A stretch of 64,000 bases of DNA from Myxococcota bacterium (GTDB taxonomy: Bacteria > Myxococcota_A > Polyangia > Polyangiales > Houyiibacteriaceae): the NCBI GenBank assembly GCA_039028875.1, contig JBCCHE010000018.1, positions 9,834 to 73,833 of the forward strand, in the 5' to 3' direction. The notes beneath the pieces are model-generated. The model was not told where the DNA came from. It did not search any database and saw nothing but the letters and a program-made list of their open reading frames with translations. This document shows, one piece after another, positions 52,575 through 61,414 of the stretch. A program made the position numbers and the translations under genes. Positions within the stretch are counted from its first letter, which is position 1. Each line of letters begins with the position of its first letter.

Positions 52575-53336
52575 CTACTGCTCCCCGTGCCGTCCCGCAC
52601 CGGCCGCGAAACGGGCGGCTCCAGACACGGTCTCACCGCTCTGAATGGTCTCCATCCCGAGCGCGAGCTCGTTGCGCATGGCTTGGTCGGCATTGAGCGA
52701 CCACTGCTCGAGCGCCGAGCGCCGGTCGTTGCGCATGCAGGTCTGAGGATGCCGCGAGATCTGTTCGGCCAGCACAAGCGCTTCCTCGAGCGCCCGTCCC
52801 GACGGCGCTACGCGATTGGCGAGCCCCATCTCGGCCGCTTCGTCGGCCCCCACCGGCCGCCCGGTGAGGATGAGGTCCATCGCCCGACTCTGGCCTATCA
52901 GGCGAGGCAGCCGAACCGTCCCAAGATCGATGAGCGGCACCCCGAAACGCCTGCAGAACACACCCATGACCGCGTCCTCCGCCATGACGCGGAGGTCGCA
53001 CCATACGGCGAGCTCCAGACCGCCGGCCACGGCGTGTCCCTCGATCGCAGCAATCACAGGCTTCGAGAGCTGCATCCTCGTCGGGCCCATCGGTCCGTCC
53101 TGCTCCGGCCCAAAGTCGCGGGGCTGATTGGATGCAACCGCTTTCAGGTCGGCGCCTGCGCAAAACGCGCCGCCCGCACCTGTCAGGATCGCCACGTCGG
53201 CGCTGTCGTCGGCGTCGAACCGGCGGAACGCATCGGCCAAAGCAGATGCCGTCGCGGGGTCTACCGCGTTACGCACTTCGGGCCGATCGATGGTGACCAC
53301 GGCCGTGCGTCCTCGAGCTTCGTATCGAACTGTCAT
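52575..53336 (-). CDS. enoyl-CoA hydratase/isomerase (crotonase family)
   Basis: ORF-track 52575..53336. Motifs AVVTIDRPEVRNAV, LTGAGGAFCAGADLK and AIEGHAVAGGLELA. Confidence 0.9.
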   Translation of the reverse strand: MTVRYEARGRTAVVTIDRPEVRNAVDPATASALADAFRRFDADDSADVAILTGAGGAFCAGADLKAVASNQPRDFGPEQDGPMGPTRMQLSKPVIAAIEGHAVAGGLELAVWCDLRVMAEDAVMGVFCRRFGVPLIDLGTVRLPRLIGQSRAMDLILTGRPVGADEAAEMGLANRVAPSGRALEEALVLAEQISRHPQTCMRNDRRSALEQWSLNADQAMRNELALGMETIQSGETVSGAARFAAGAGRHGEQ

Positions 53337-53340
53337 CGAC

Positions 53341-54024
53341 TCAACTCCTGATGAGGTACTCGGTGCAATAGAACGTTTCGACCTTCTTCATGTCGAGGAA
53401 GCCCTGAATGTCGTTGGCCACCCGAATCATGTTTGGGATCATCTTCAGCGCGCCCCCAAAGAACCGCACCGGGTTGAGCAAGTCTTGCTTGGTCGGACAC
53501 GCCTCGAGCACGAGGCCATCGCACGGTGCGGCTCCCTCGGTGACCGGCCCCTTGATGACATTGCGCTGATAGTACCAGAGGGGATGGATCTTGAGCGACA
53601 GCGGCGTGTGACCGCCATGCCAACGCTCGATGTACTCGTCAAATGTGATCCCGGGCTTCTGGTGCAGCACCGTCAGCAAGATCGGCGTTGGGGTCGGTGC
53701 CCCGTCGTCCCACGACTTGTTGTACTCGACCGGGAAGCTCTCTTCGACTTCATACCCGGAGCAAGTCGACGCCGCGCCGGACAGGGCGTCTGTGAAGCGC
53801 GAGGGTTCATTGTCGGCATCATGAACGGCAAACACGGCAACCGGATCTCGCTTGAATGGGAAAAGGGCCAACTTGGGTGGCGGGGTCTCGGTGAGCGTAA
53901 GCGAGAGTCGAGACGGGTCGAGGTCGAGCAGTGTTCGGGTGACGTCCTTGCGCATCCGTTCACCAAACGCCGAGTGCCCCTCGCCGTTCGCGCGAAGCAC
54001 ATACATCCACTTTCGGGCGGTCAT
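53341..54024 (-). CDS. hypothetical protein, possibly EthD-like (dimeric alpha/beta barrel)
   Basis: ORF-track 53341..54024. The segment HQKPGITFDEYIERWHGGHTPLSLK resembles EthD-domain signatures. The stop is 4 nt upstream of the crotonase start. Confidence 0.55.
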   Translation of the reverse strand: MTARKWMYVLRANGEGHSAFGERMRKDVTRTLLDLDPSRLSLTLTETPPPKLALFPFKRDPVAVFAVHDADNEPSRFTDALSGAASTCSGYEVEESFPVEYNKSWDDGAPTPTPILLTVLHQKPGITFDEYIERWHGGHTPLSLKIHPLWYYQRNVIKGPVTEGAAPCDGLVLEACPTKQDLLNPVRFFGGALKMIPNMIRVANDIQGFLDMKKVETFYCTEYLIRS

Positions 54025-54134
54025 CGAGGGGTTCTAGTCTGCCGCGAACCCGCGTTCAATGGGCTGCCAAACGTGTGGAAAAGTGGGCTTGAGCGCTTAC
54101 CGATGAAGTTATAGTCTCGCCGCGGAGGTTTGGT

Positions 54135-56168
54135 ATGCGTGGTTCTTTCCTTTCTTGTGTGTCGGTGTTGGTCCTTGGGTTGGTCTTCGCGGGTTGCAGC
54201 GACGGCGAATCGGCGCCCGAGCCCGGGCCCGAGCCCGGGGACATCACGTATCCCCTCCTCGACTGCGATCCATTGGTGCCGGAGTTCTGCTCCTTTCCCT
54301 TCCCGTCGAACGTGTACGCCGTGGACGACGACACCACCCCAACCGGCCGAAGGGTGTCGTTCGGCTCGGAGTTCATGCTCGGCAACGACCCCGCACCATG
54401 GAACAAGAGCGACGGTTTCTCCGCTGGGTCACCGATCATGACCGTGCTCCCGGGCATTGCGATCGACCAGTTTGGCGGCCCGGAAAACATCGAGGAATCG
54501 CTGTCGGCCGACTCGCCGAGCCTTCTCCTCGACGCCGAAACCGGTGAGCTCGTTCCCCATTTCGCCGAGATTGACACGCGCGCTCCCACGGCGGAGCAGC
54601 GTTCGACGATGATTCGCCCGGTCGTGCGTCTGCGCGACAACGCGCGATACATCGTCGCGTTTCGCAATCTCGAGAACGAAGACGGCGAAGTCATCGAGGC
54701 ATCGCCAGGGTTTGCCGCGCTTCGAGACGGCTCCGAGAGCGAAGACGAATCGATCGAAGAGCGGCGCGCCCTCTACGAAGACATCTTCACCCGGCTCGAC
54801 GCGCAAGGGTGGGCACGCGAAGACGTCCAGATCGCATGGGACTTCAACACCGCAAGCGATGCGAACAACACGCAGTGGCTTCTCCACATGCGCGACACGG
54901 CGTTCCCTCTCGTGGAAGACGGCATCGAGTACACGATCGACACGGTCGAAACCGACTACAACACCGACACCATCGCCTATCGGATCTTCGGATCGTTCCG
55001 GGCGCCGAACTTCATGACCACGCCCGACGCTGGCGCGCTTCTGGTTTTCGGCGACGACGGGCTTCCGGTGGTCAACGAAGAGATCCCTTGGGTCGACGTT
55101 CCTTTCGAGGTCCTCATCCCGAACAGCGCCACCGAAGAAGACCCTGCCGCGATCGTCGAGTACGGCCATGGGCTCCTCGGGCAGTTGACGCAGATCGAGT
55201 CCGGGCACTTCCGTTCGTTCATGAACGAGTACAACTACACGTTCTGTGCGACCGACCTGATCGGGATGTCGGACGGAGACTTCAACACCATCGGGGTCAT
55301 CCTTGCCGGTGGGAATGCCTCCCGGCTTCAAACGATGTTCGATCGGCTGCACCAGGGGTTCTTGAACTACGTCCTCTTGCTCCGAATGATGAAGACGACC
55401 TTCGCCGAGGACCCGGAGTTTGGGAAGTACATCAAGGGCGACGAAGCGTACTACTACGGCATCAGTCAGGGAGGGATCATGGGCGCCGTCGTGATGGCGC
55501 TCAGTCCGGACATCGAGCGAGGCGCCCTCGGCGTGATGGGGCAGCCCTACAGCATGCTCCTCTTCCGTAGCGTCGACTTCAATCAGTTCCTCGACGTCAT
55601 CAAGATGACCTACACCGACTTTCGGGAGCAACAGTTCTTGGTCGCTCTCTTTCAGATGCTCTGGGACCGCGCCGAACCGAACGGCTACAGTCATCACGTG
55701 ACGAGCAACCCGCTCGCGGGAACCAACGAAAAAGAAGTGCTCGCGCGTGTCGCCATCGGCGACCACCAAGTGTCGACCTACGCGGGCCACATCATGGCGC
55801 GCACGTTGGGCGCACCCCACCTCACGACGGGCCTCCGCGACATCTGGGGGCTCGACCCCGTCGACTCGACAACCAGCGGGAGCTTCTACACCGAGTACGA
55901 CTTTGGGCTGCCCGGCGAACCGCTGTGCAACGTCCCGATGTCGCTCTGCCGCGACCCACACGAGTGGCCGCGCCGTCGAGAATCGGCACGCAAGCAGCTC
56001 GACGCGTTCCTGAGGAACGGTACCGGCGACAACTTCTGCATGCCGGGTGATGGGGACGAGCACCAGGTCCCGTCGGTGGGCGTATGTAGCTACCCCTCGC
56101 TCAGCGAATGCAACTCGGGCGAAACCTCCGAAGACACCCAACTGCTGTGCACCCCGGGCTCGGAGTAG
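54135..56168 (+). CDS. large lipoprotein, putative secreted alpha/beta-hydrolase (lipase-like)
   Basis: ORF-track 54135..56168. Lipobox LVFAGC. Nucleophile-elbow-like YYYGISQGGIMGAV. The 602-aa antisense ORF (54429..56237) is R/V/H-rich and is rejected. Confidence 0.7.
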   Translation: MRGSFLSCVSVLVLGLVFAGCSDGESAPEPGPEPGDITYPLLDCDPLVPEFCSFPFPSNVYAVDDDTTPTGRRVSFGSEFMLGNDPAPWNKSDGFSAGSPIMTVLPGIAIDQFGGPENIEESLSADSPSLLLDAETGELVPHFAEIDTRAPTAEQRSTMIRPVVRLRDNARYIVAFRNLENEDGEVIEASPGFAALRDGSESEDESIEERRALYEDIFTRLDAQGWAREDVQIAWDFNTASDANNTQWLLHMRDTAFPLVEDGIEYTIDTVETDYNTDTIAYRIFGSFRAPNFMTTPDAGALLVFGDDGLPVVNEEIPWVDVPFEVLIPNSATEEDPAAIVEYGHGLLGQLTQIESGHFRSFMNEYNYTFCATDLIGMSDGDFNTIGVILAGGNASRLQTMFDRLHQGFLNYVLLLRMMKTTFAEDPEFGKYIKGDEAYYYGISQGGIMGAVVMALSPDIERGALGVMGQPYSMLLFRSVDFNQFLDVIKMTYTDFREQQFLVALFQMLWDRAEPNGYSHHVTSNPLAGTNEKEVLARVAIGDHQVSTYAGHIMARTLGAPHLTTGLRDIWGLDPVDSTTSGSFYTEYDFGLPGEPLCNVPMSLCRDPHEWPRRRESARKQLDAFLRNGTGDNFCMPGDGDEHQVPSVGVCSYPSLSECNSGETSEDTQLLCTPGSE

Positions 56169-56187
56169 GCGCGGCGGCGTAGCCCAC

Positions 56188-56724
56188 ATGCACCCGCAGA
56201 AGAAAACCTGGCTCGTCATCAACGTTGTGGGCGGCATCGCCGTCCTCGGCAGCTACGTGCATGGGCTCACGACCCACCCTGACACCCGCCAGATGCTCTG
56301 GGGCACCATCCCCGAAGAGCTAAAGGGCGTCTACAACGTGACGATGCTGCTCGCGGCGGCGGGCTACTTCTTATTCTCTTATCACTTCGCGGTGCGGACC
56401 GACCCGGCCGCTTGCAGGGTGGGTCCGTTCGGGTTCGGTTTCATCAACGCTTGCTATGCGTTGATCATGGTCACTTCGGCGTTGTGGATGCCATTGACCT
56501 TCGCGTACTTCGACCAGCCGACTTCCGGACTGTGGCTGGTCATTCGGTTCGAACTCCTTGCCGTGGGCGTGGGCTCGCTCGGGCTCCTGGTGGCGCTCTT
56601 GGTCATGGAACCTCGAGCCCGGGGCGTCGCGGGAGTCTTGGCGTTGCTCGGGTTAGTGCTCTTCGCCCTTCAGACGGCCTTCTTGGATCCGATCGTCTGG
56701 CCGGAGTTCATCCCGGGAACTTGA
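56188..56724 (+). CDS. integral membrane protein, unknown function
   Basis: Lies inside ORF-track 56047..56724. ATG 56188 gives MHPQKKTWLVINVVGGIAVLGSY. Five to six hydrophobic helices. Confidence 0.6.
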   Translation: MHPQKKTWLVINVVGGIAVLGSYVHGLTTHPDTRQMLWGTIPEELKGVYNVTMLLAAAGYFLFSYHFAVRTDPAACRVGPFGFGFINACYALIMVTSALWMPLTFAYFDQPTSGLWLVIRFELLAVGVGSLGLLVALLVMEPRARGVAGVLALLGLVLFALQTAFLDPIVWPEFIPGT

Positions 56725-56733
56725 GGTCGCGGG

Positions 56734-57621
56734 CTAAGCGCCCTTCGGGAACCACGGCACCAGACCGTTGACGCGCTTCATGTGCTCGGCATACTCGGGG
56801 CGTCGCTCGCAACTCCGTCGGTCCATCCAAGGGATCGAAACGCCAAAGAACATGATGGTCATGGCGATCGGGCCGGCCACGGTCCAAAGGTAGCTCGGGT
56901 CGGCCGCAAGACCGAACAGGTAGAGACCCCACCAGAACATCAACTCACCGAAGTAGTTGGGGTGGCGCGAGTACTTCCAGAGCCCGGTCTTGATGATCTC
57001 GCCTGGCTTCTTGGTCTTCGCAAACGCAACGAGCTGTTGATCGGCGATCGTCTCGATGGTGATTGCCCCTGCGGTCACCACCAGGGCAACGACGTCAAGC
57101 CAGTTGAGCGGGCGGGTCCCGACCACGAGGGCGACCCAGGCGCCCGAAAGCGCGAAGAAGACCTCCACAGTTGGAAACATGTGAATGCCAAAGAGATCAC
57201 TCAAGAACCAGATCTTGGGCGCCTTGGCGCGGGTCTCTTCGTAACGCCAATCGGTGTGGTGCAGCCCAGGCCAGCTTCGACACCAGTTGTAGGTCAGGCG
57301 AACCCCCCACCAAGTCACGCAGAACAGCACCGCGCCTGCACGGATCGGGTGAATCCCCGGCTCGGCATGGAAAACCCAGTAGAACACGATGATGATTGGC
57401 GCGACTGACCAATAGGCATCGTACATGCTCGAACACCGGAGGCCCCGCGAGAAGCCAAAGATCACGAGCGTAGCTGCCACATCAGCCGCAAAGACGGTCC
57501 AGAGAACTGACCAATCGTCGGGCACCAGAAGCACGGTCACCCAGGCGACGGCGAAGGCCGCAAGATAGCCTCCGGCCACCCACCCAAACGAGGCTTGGCG
57601 ACTCCATCGGGGGTCCGACAC
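56734..57621 (-). CDS. DUF1295 family membrane protein (steroid-reductase/ICMT-like superfamily)
   Basis: ORF-track 56734..57621. Polytopic. Signature GLWKYSRHPNYFGELMFWWG. Confidence 0.8.
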   Translation of the reverse strand: MSDPRWSRQASFGWVAGGYLAAFAVAWVTVLLVPDDWSVLWTVFAADVAATLVIFGFSRGLRCSSMYDAYWSVAPIIIVFYWVFHAEPGIHPIRAGAVLFCVTWWGVRLTYNWCRSWPGLHHTDWRYEETRAKAPKIWFLSDLFGIHMFPTVEVFFALSGAWVALVVGTRPLNWLDVVALVVTAGAITIETIADQQLVAFAKTKKPGEIIKTGLWKYSRHPNYFGELMFWWGLYLFGLAADPSYLWTVAGPIAMTIMFFGVSIPWMDRRSCERRPEYAEHMKRVNGLVPWFPKGA

Positions 57622-57626
57622 GGAAC

Positions 57627-58205
57627 TCAGCCGCTCAAGTTTTGGTTCGCGAAGTCCCAGTTGACCAGCGAATCGAGGAATACTTGGATGTAGTCGGGAC
57701 GCGCGTTGCGAAAGTCCACGTAGTAGGCGTGCTCCCAGACATCGATGGTGAGCAACGGCTTGGCGCTGGAGGTGATGGGGGTCTCGGCGTCTTTGCTCTT
57801 CTCGATGGCGAGCTTGTCACCCTCTGCGACGAGCCATGCCCAGCCTGAACCGAACTGCGTTGCGGCTGCGCTGGCGAACTCCTTGGCGAACGTGTCGTAG
57901 CTGCCAAAACTGCCGTTGATCGCGTCGGCAATGGCACCCGAAGGCGCCCCACCCCCACCCGGCGCCATGCTGTTCCAATAGAAGGTATGATTCCAGATCT
58001 GGGCGGCGTTGTTGAACGTTCCACCGCCGGCACGAATGATGTCGACGAGCGACTTGCTCGCGAGGTCGGTTCCCTCGATCGCAGTATTGAGCTTCTTGAC
58101 ATACCCGGCGTGGTGCTTGCCGTAGTGGTACTCGATCGTCTCAGGGCTGATATGCGGCGCCAGCGCGTCTTGGGCCCACGGAAGGGCGGGCAATTCGATC
58201 GCCAT
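57627..58205 (-). CDS. sodB: superoxide dismutase, Fe type
   Basis: ORF-track 57627..58220. Start at ATG 58205 (MAIELPALPW). Motifs HYGKHH, AAQIWNHTFYW, FGSGWAWLV and DVWEHAYYVDFRN. Confidence 0.92.
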   Translation of the reverse strand: MAIELPALPWAQDALAPHISPETIEYHYGKHHAGYVKKLNTAIEGTDLASKSLVDIIRAGGGTFNNAAQIWNHTFYWNSMAPGGGGAPSGAIADAINGSFGSYDTFAKEFASAAATQFGSGWAWLVAEGDKLAIEKSKDAETPITSSAKPLLTIDVWEHAYYVDFRNARPDYIQVFLDSLVNWDFANQNLSG

Positions 58206-58324
58206 GTCTTTCTCCCTCATAGCTTTGGGGCTGCTTCTCAGCCCACGGGGAGGTTCTACGGCCGAGGGTATGCCGAATCAACCCCTAAAAAGGAAGGGAC
58301 CGCGTGGTCAAGGACGCGACGCGG

Positions 58325-59950
58325 CTAGGGCGCGAGCGGCGGCGTGTCGGGGTTGTCGGCCTCCGGGCCGGTCATCTCGCTGATGCGCGTCCGCCCGTCC
58401 AAAGTGGCCCACGAGGGCCCGGCCACCTGGGCCCCTTGGCCCTCCTCGATGCCGTCGATGAAGAACCAGTCGGCCTGGGCCTTGTCTTGCTGAAGGTCCA
58501 GGACGAGGTATCCGCGGCGCAGCTCGCGATCGAAGTACCGGATGTGCGGGCTGTTGCGCTCGATCGCCTCGGCGACGCCTCCGAGTTCGAACGGCGAGGT
58601 GATGCCCGGCGTCACGAACTCGACCGCCACCGCCCCGTCCTGCGAGGCGGGATCATAGCTCCCGTCGCCGATGGTCACGTCCATCGCCCAGGAGCTGTGT
58701 ACATCGCCGGTGACGACCAGCACGTTGGCGATCTCGTTGTCCCGGATGAAGCCGGTGAGTCGGTTTCGCGAGCCGGGATACCCGGTCCACTGGTCTTCGT
58801 TGGCCACGCGGTCGTCGGAGAACTGCCAGATCCCCATGACCACCTGGTTTCCAAGCACCTTCCACTTTGCGGTGCTCGTCGAGAGCTGCTCCTGAAGCCA
58901 GGCCTCTTGTTCGGCGCCCAGCAGTTCGTCCGGAAGCGTTGGGTCGTCAATGGCGTAGAGCGCGGCGCCGGACTGCTCTTCTCGCCCTTCGATCCGGGTG
59001 TCGAGCATGATGATGTCGGCGAGGTCTCCGTACTTGAGGTTGCGGAACAACCTTTGCCCCGGGTTGTCGCGAATCGGAATCCACTCGAAGAACGACTGGC
59101 GCGCCGCAGCCACCCGATCGTCCCAGTCGCCTTCCGCGCCGGGCGTGTGGTTCTGGGCGCCGCCGGCCCACGAGTTGTTTGCGGTCTCGTGGTCGTCCCA
59201 CACGACGACGAACGGAAACTGCCGGTGGAGCTCTTGGAGATCCGGGTCGCGCCGGTACTGACTTAGCCGCATTCGGTAGTCTTCGAGTGTGATGGTCTCG
59301 GTCGCGGGTTCTCTCAGCCGGAGTTGCCGAGAAGCGACAGGGAACACGCCATCTTCGTAGTCGTAGTAGTAGTCGCCGAGGTGGAGGATCGCGTCGAGGT
59401 CGTTGCGCTCCGCCATGTTGCGGTATGCATGAAAGAAACCGAACGCATAGTTCGAGCACGAGCACACGCCGAACCGGAGCTGACTCGCTTCGTCGGCCGC
59501 CGGCGCAAGGCGCGTTCGGCCCGTTGGGCTCTCTCGGCCCTCGGCGAAGAACCGAAAGAAGTACGCTCGACCCCAGATGAGATCGGTCGCGTCGAGCTTG
59601 ACGGTGTAGTCGGCATCAGCGTTCGTGGTGACGGTCCCCGCGGCGACCCGGTCGTTGAAGGCGGTGTCGAGTGCCATCTCCCAAAAGACCTCGACCTCAC
59701 CGTCGCTGGCCGGGCTGACGCGGGTCCATAGGATCACTGCGTCGGTGAGGGGATCGCCGCTGGCAACCCCGTGCTCGAACAAGTTCTCGGGACCGGGCGT
59801 GCCGCTGAACTCATAAGTCGGGAGATCTTCTGGGAGCGGGGGCAGGTCGCTCGCGTTGCCGCCATCACCACACCCCGATGAGTGAACCAACAACGGCGTG
59901 AGGCCCGCTGCCCCCATCCCCTTGATGACTGCTCTTCGGCTAAACTTCAT
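58325..59950 (-). CDS. phoD: alkaline phosphatase D family (PhoD-like metallophosphatase) with Tat signal
   Basis: ORF-track 58325..59950. Tat leader MKFSRRAVIKGMGAAG. Motifs VASGDP, LHLGDYYYDYE, VWDDHE and TGDVHSSW. Confidence 0.85.
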   Translation of the reverse strand: MKFSRRAVIKGMGAAGLTPLLVHSSGCGDGGNASDLPPLPEDLPTYEFSGTPGPENLFEHGVASGDPLTDAVILWTRVSPASDGEVEVFWEMALDTAFNDRVAAGTVTTNADADYTVKLDATDLIWGRAYFFRFFAEGRESPTGRTRLAPAADEASQLRFGVCSCSNYAFGFFHAYRNMAERNDLDAILHLGDYYYDYEDGVFPVASRQLRLREPATETITLEDYRMRLSQYRRDPDLQELHRQFPFVVVWDDHETANNSWAGGAQNHTPGAEGDWDDRVAAARQSFFEWIPIRDNPGQRLFRNLKYGDLADIIMLDTRIEGREEQSGAALYAIDDPTLPDELLGAEQEAWLQEQLSTSTAKWKVLGNQVVMGIWQFSDDRVANEDQWTGYPGSRNRLTGFIRDNEIANVLVVTGDVHSSWAMDVTIGDGSYDPASQDGAVAVEFVTPGITSPFELGGVAEAIERNSPHIRYFDRELRRGYLVLDLQQDKAQADWFFIDGIEEGQGAQVAGPSWATLDGRTRISEMTGPEADNPDTPPLAP

Positions 59951-59980
59951 GGTTTCCTCTCACAAGCTGCCCTAGCCGGC

Positions 59981-60028
59981 GTTGTCGCACATGCTGCGCC
60001 GTTCCGGCTGTAACGCTCGTGTGACAAC
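59981..60028. promoter_or_regulatory. candidate phosphate-regulon operator in the phoD/phoX divergent region
   Basis: Inverted 10-mers GTTGTCGCAC (59981-90) and GTGTGACAAC (60019-28) match 9 of 10. Direct 7-4-7 arrangement CTGTAAC-gctc-GTGTGAC (60008-60025) has the Pho-box architecture. Confidence 0.3.
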
Positions 60029-60106
60029 AGGCGAAACGCTCTCCGGACGAGACTATTCTCAATCGTCAGAAAGTGCTACCGATGTGTCCTGCAGTTGAGG
60101 AAGAGC

Positions 60107-61402
60107 ATGCCCGTAAAAAAGACGATTCGATCCGCCGACAAGAGCCGGCGTCAGTTCCTTCGCAAGAGCTTCGCCGGCGCCGGCTGGATCGCCGCGGGCG
60201 GGATGCTGAGCCGGTGCGGAGACAACAGTGGCACGGGTGGCACCGGGGCCTCCGGGGGAGGCGCGGGAACCGGAGGCGCGGGCGGCGTTGTGGGAACCGG
60301 AGGCGCGGGCGGTACGCCACCCCCGAGCAGCATCGCGACACTTGGACCGCTTCAAGACCCTGACGAGAACGGGCTCCGGCTTCCCGAGGGGTTCACGAGC
60401 CGCATCATCGCACAAGCCGAGATGGAAGTCGCCGGCACTGGGCACACTTGGCATTCGGCCCCCGATGGAGGCGCTGTCTACGCGGCGAGCGACGGCGGCT
60501 GGGTCTATGTCTCCAACTCGGAGACGCTCGCACCGCTCGGCGGCGGCGTCGGCGCAGTGCGCTTCTCCTCGAGTGGCGACATCACCGATGCGTATCGAAT
60601 CCTCGCCGACACGAACCAAAACTGCGCAGGCGGTCCGACCCCGTGGGACACCTGGCTCTCTTGTGAAGAGCGTCCAGACGGGCGCGTCTGGGAGTGTGAT
60701 CCGTTCGGCATGACGGACGCCGTGGTACGGGAGGCGCTCGGCGTGTTCGAGCATGAAGCCGTCGCGGTCGACCCCGTGACCCAGAACCTCTACCTGACCG
60801 AAGACGAGGGAGACGGGCGTTTCTATCGCTTTGTGCCCGACGGTTTGATCGACGGAATAGCCGACCTCTCCGCGGGAACGCTTCAAGTCGCCGAAGTCAT
60901 GGGGGGTGGCCCGGAAGGCACGATCGAATGGCGGGACCTCTCCGACCCAAGCGCCACAAGTCAGCCCACGCGGCTGCAGGTTCCGTCAAGCACACCATTC
61001 GATGGCGGCGAGGGGATCTGGTACTTCAACGGCATGGTCTACTTCACGACGAAGGGCGACAACCGCGTATGGGCACTCGAGACGGCAAGTTCCGAACTCA
61101 CGCTTCTCTACGATCGTGCAACCTCGAGCAATCCAATCCTGAGCGGCGTCGACAATGTGACGGTCTCTCCAAGCGGCGACGTGCTGGTCGCGGAAGATGG
61201 CGGCGACATGGAAATCGTCGCCTTGGCGCCCGACGGGACGATCTTGCCGATCGTGCAGGTCATCGGTCAAGACGCGTCGGAGATCACCGGCCCTGCGTTC
61301 AACCCCGGGTTTGATCGCCTGTACTTCAGCTCGCAGCGCGGGTTCAGCGGCAACCTCACCGACGGCATCACGTACGAGGTCTCGGGACCCTTCGGCGGCT
61401 AG
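60107..61402 (+). CDS. phoX: PhoX-type alkaline phosphatase (DUF839) with Tat signal
   Basis: ORF-track 60095..61402. ATG 60107 is preceded by gaggaagag. Tat leader KSRRQFLRKSFAGAG. G-rich linker. Also NCAGGPTPWDTWLSCEE and a beta-propeller-like remainder. Confidence 0.75.
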   Translation: MPVKKTIRSADKSRRQFLRKSFAGAGWIAAGGMLSRCGDNSGTGGTGASGGGAGTGGAGGVVGTGGAGGTPPPSSIATLGPLQDPDENGLRLPEGFTSRIIAQAEMEVAGTGHTWHSAPDGGAVYAASDGGWVYVSNSETLAPLGGGVGAVRFSSSGDITDAYRILADTNQNCAGGPTPWDTWLSCEERPDGRVWECDPFGMTDAVVREALGVFEHEAVAVDPVTQNLYLTEDEGDGRFYRFVPDGLIDGIADLSAGTLQVAEVMGGGPEGTIEWRDLSDPSATSQPTRLQVPSSTPFDGGEGIWYFNGMVYFTTKGDNRVWALETASSELTLLYDRATSSNPILSGVDNVTVSPSGDVLVAEDGGDMEIVALAPDGTILPIVQVIGQDASEITGPAFNPGFDRLYFSSQRGFSGNLTDGITYEVSGPFGG

Positions 61403-61414
61403 CGAGCGCAAGCG

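Noticed and set aside
51591-53351. 586-aa plus-strand ORF
   Set aside because: It overlaps the redoxin lipoprotein gene in another frame and is antisense to the well-supported crotonase gene. The sequence is R-rich and low-complexity.
54429-56237. 602-aa minus-strand ORF
   Set aside because: It is antisense to the lipoprotein gene 54135..56168, which has a lipobox and a GxSxG elbow. The antisense translation is R/V/H-rich and has no signal peptide or motif.
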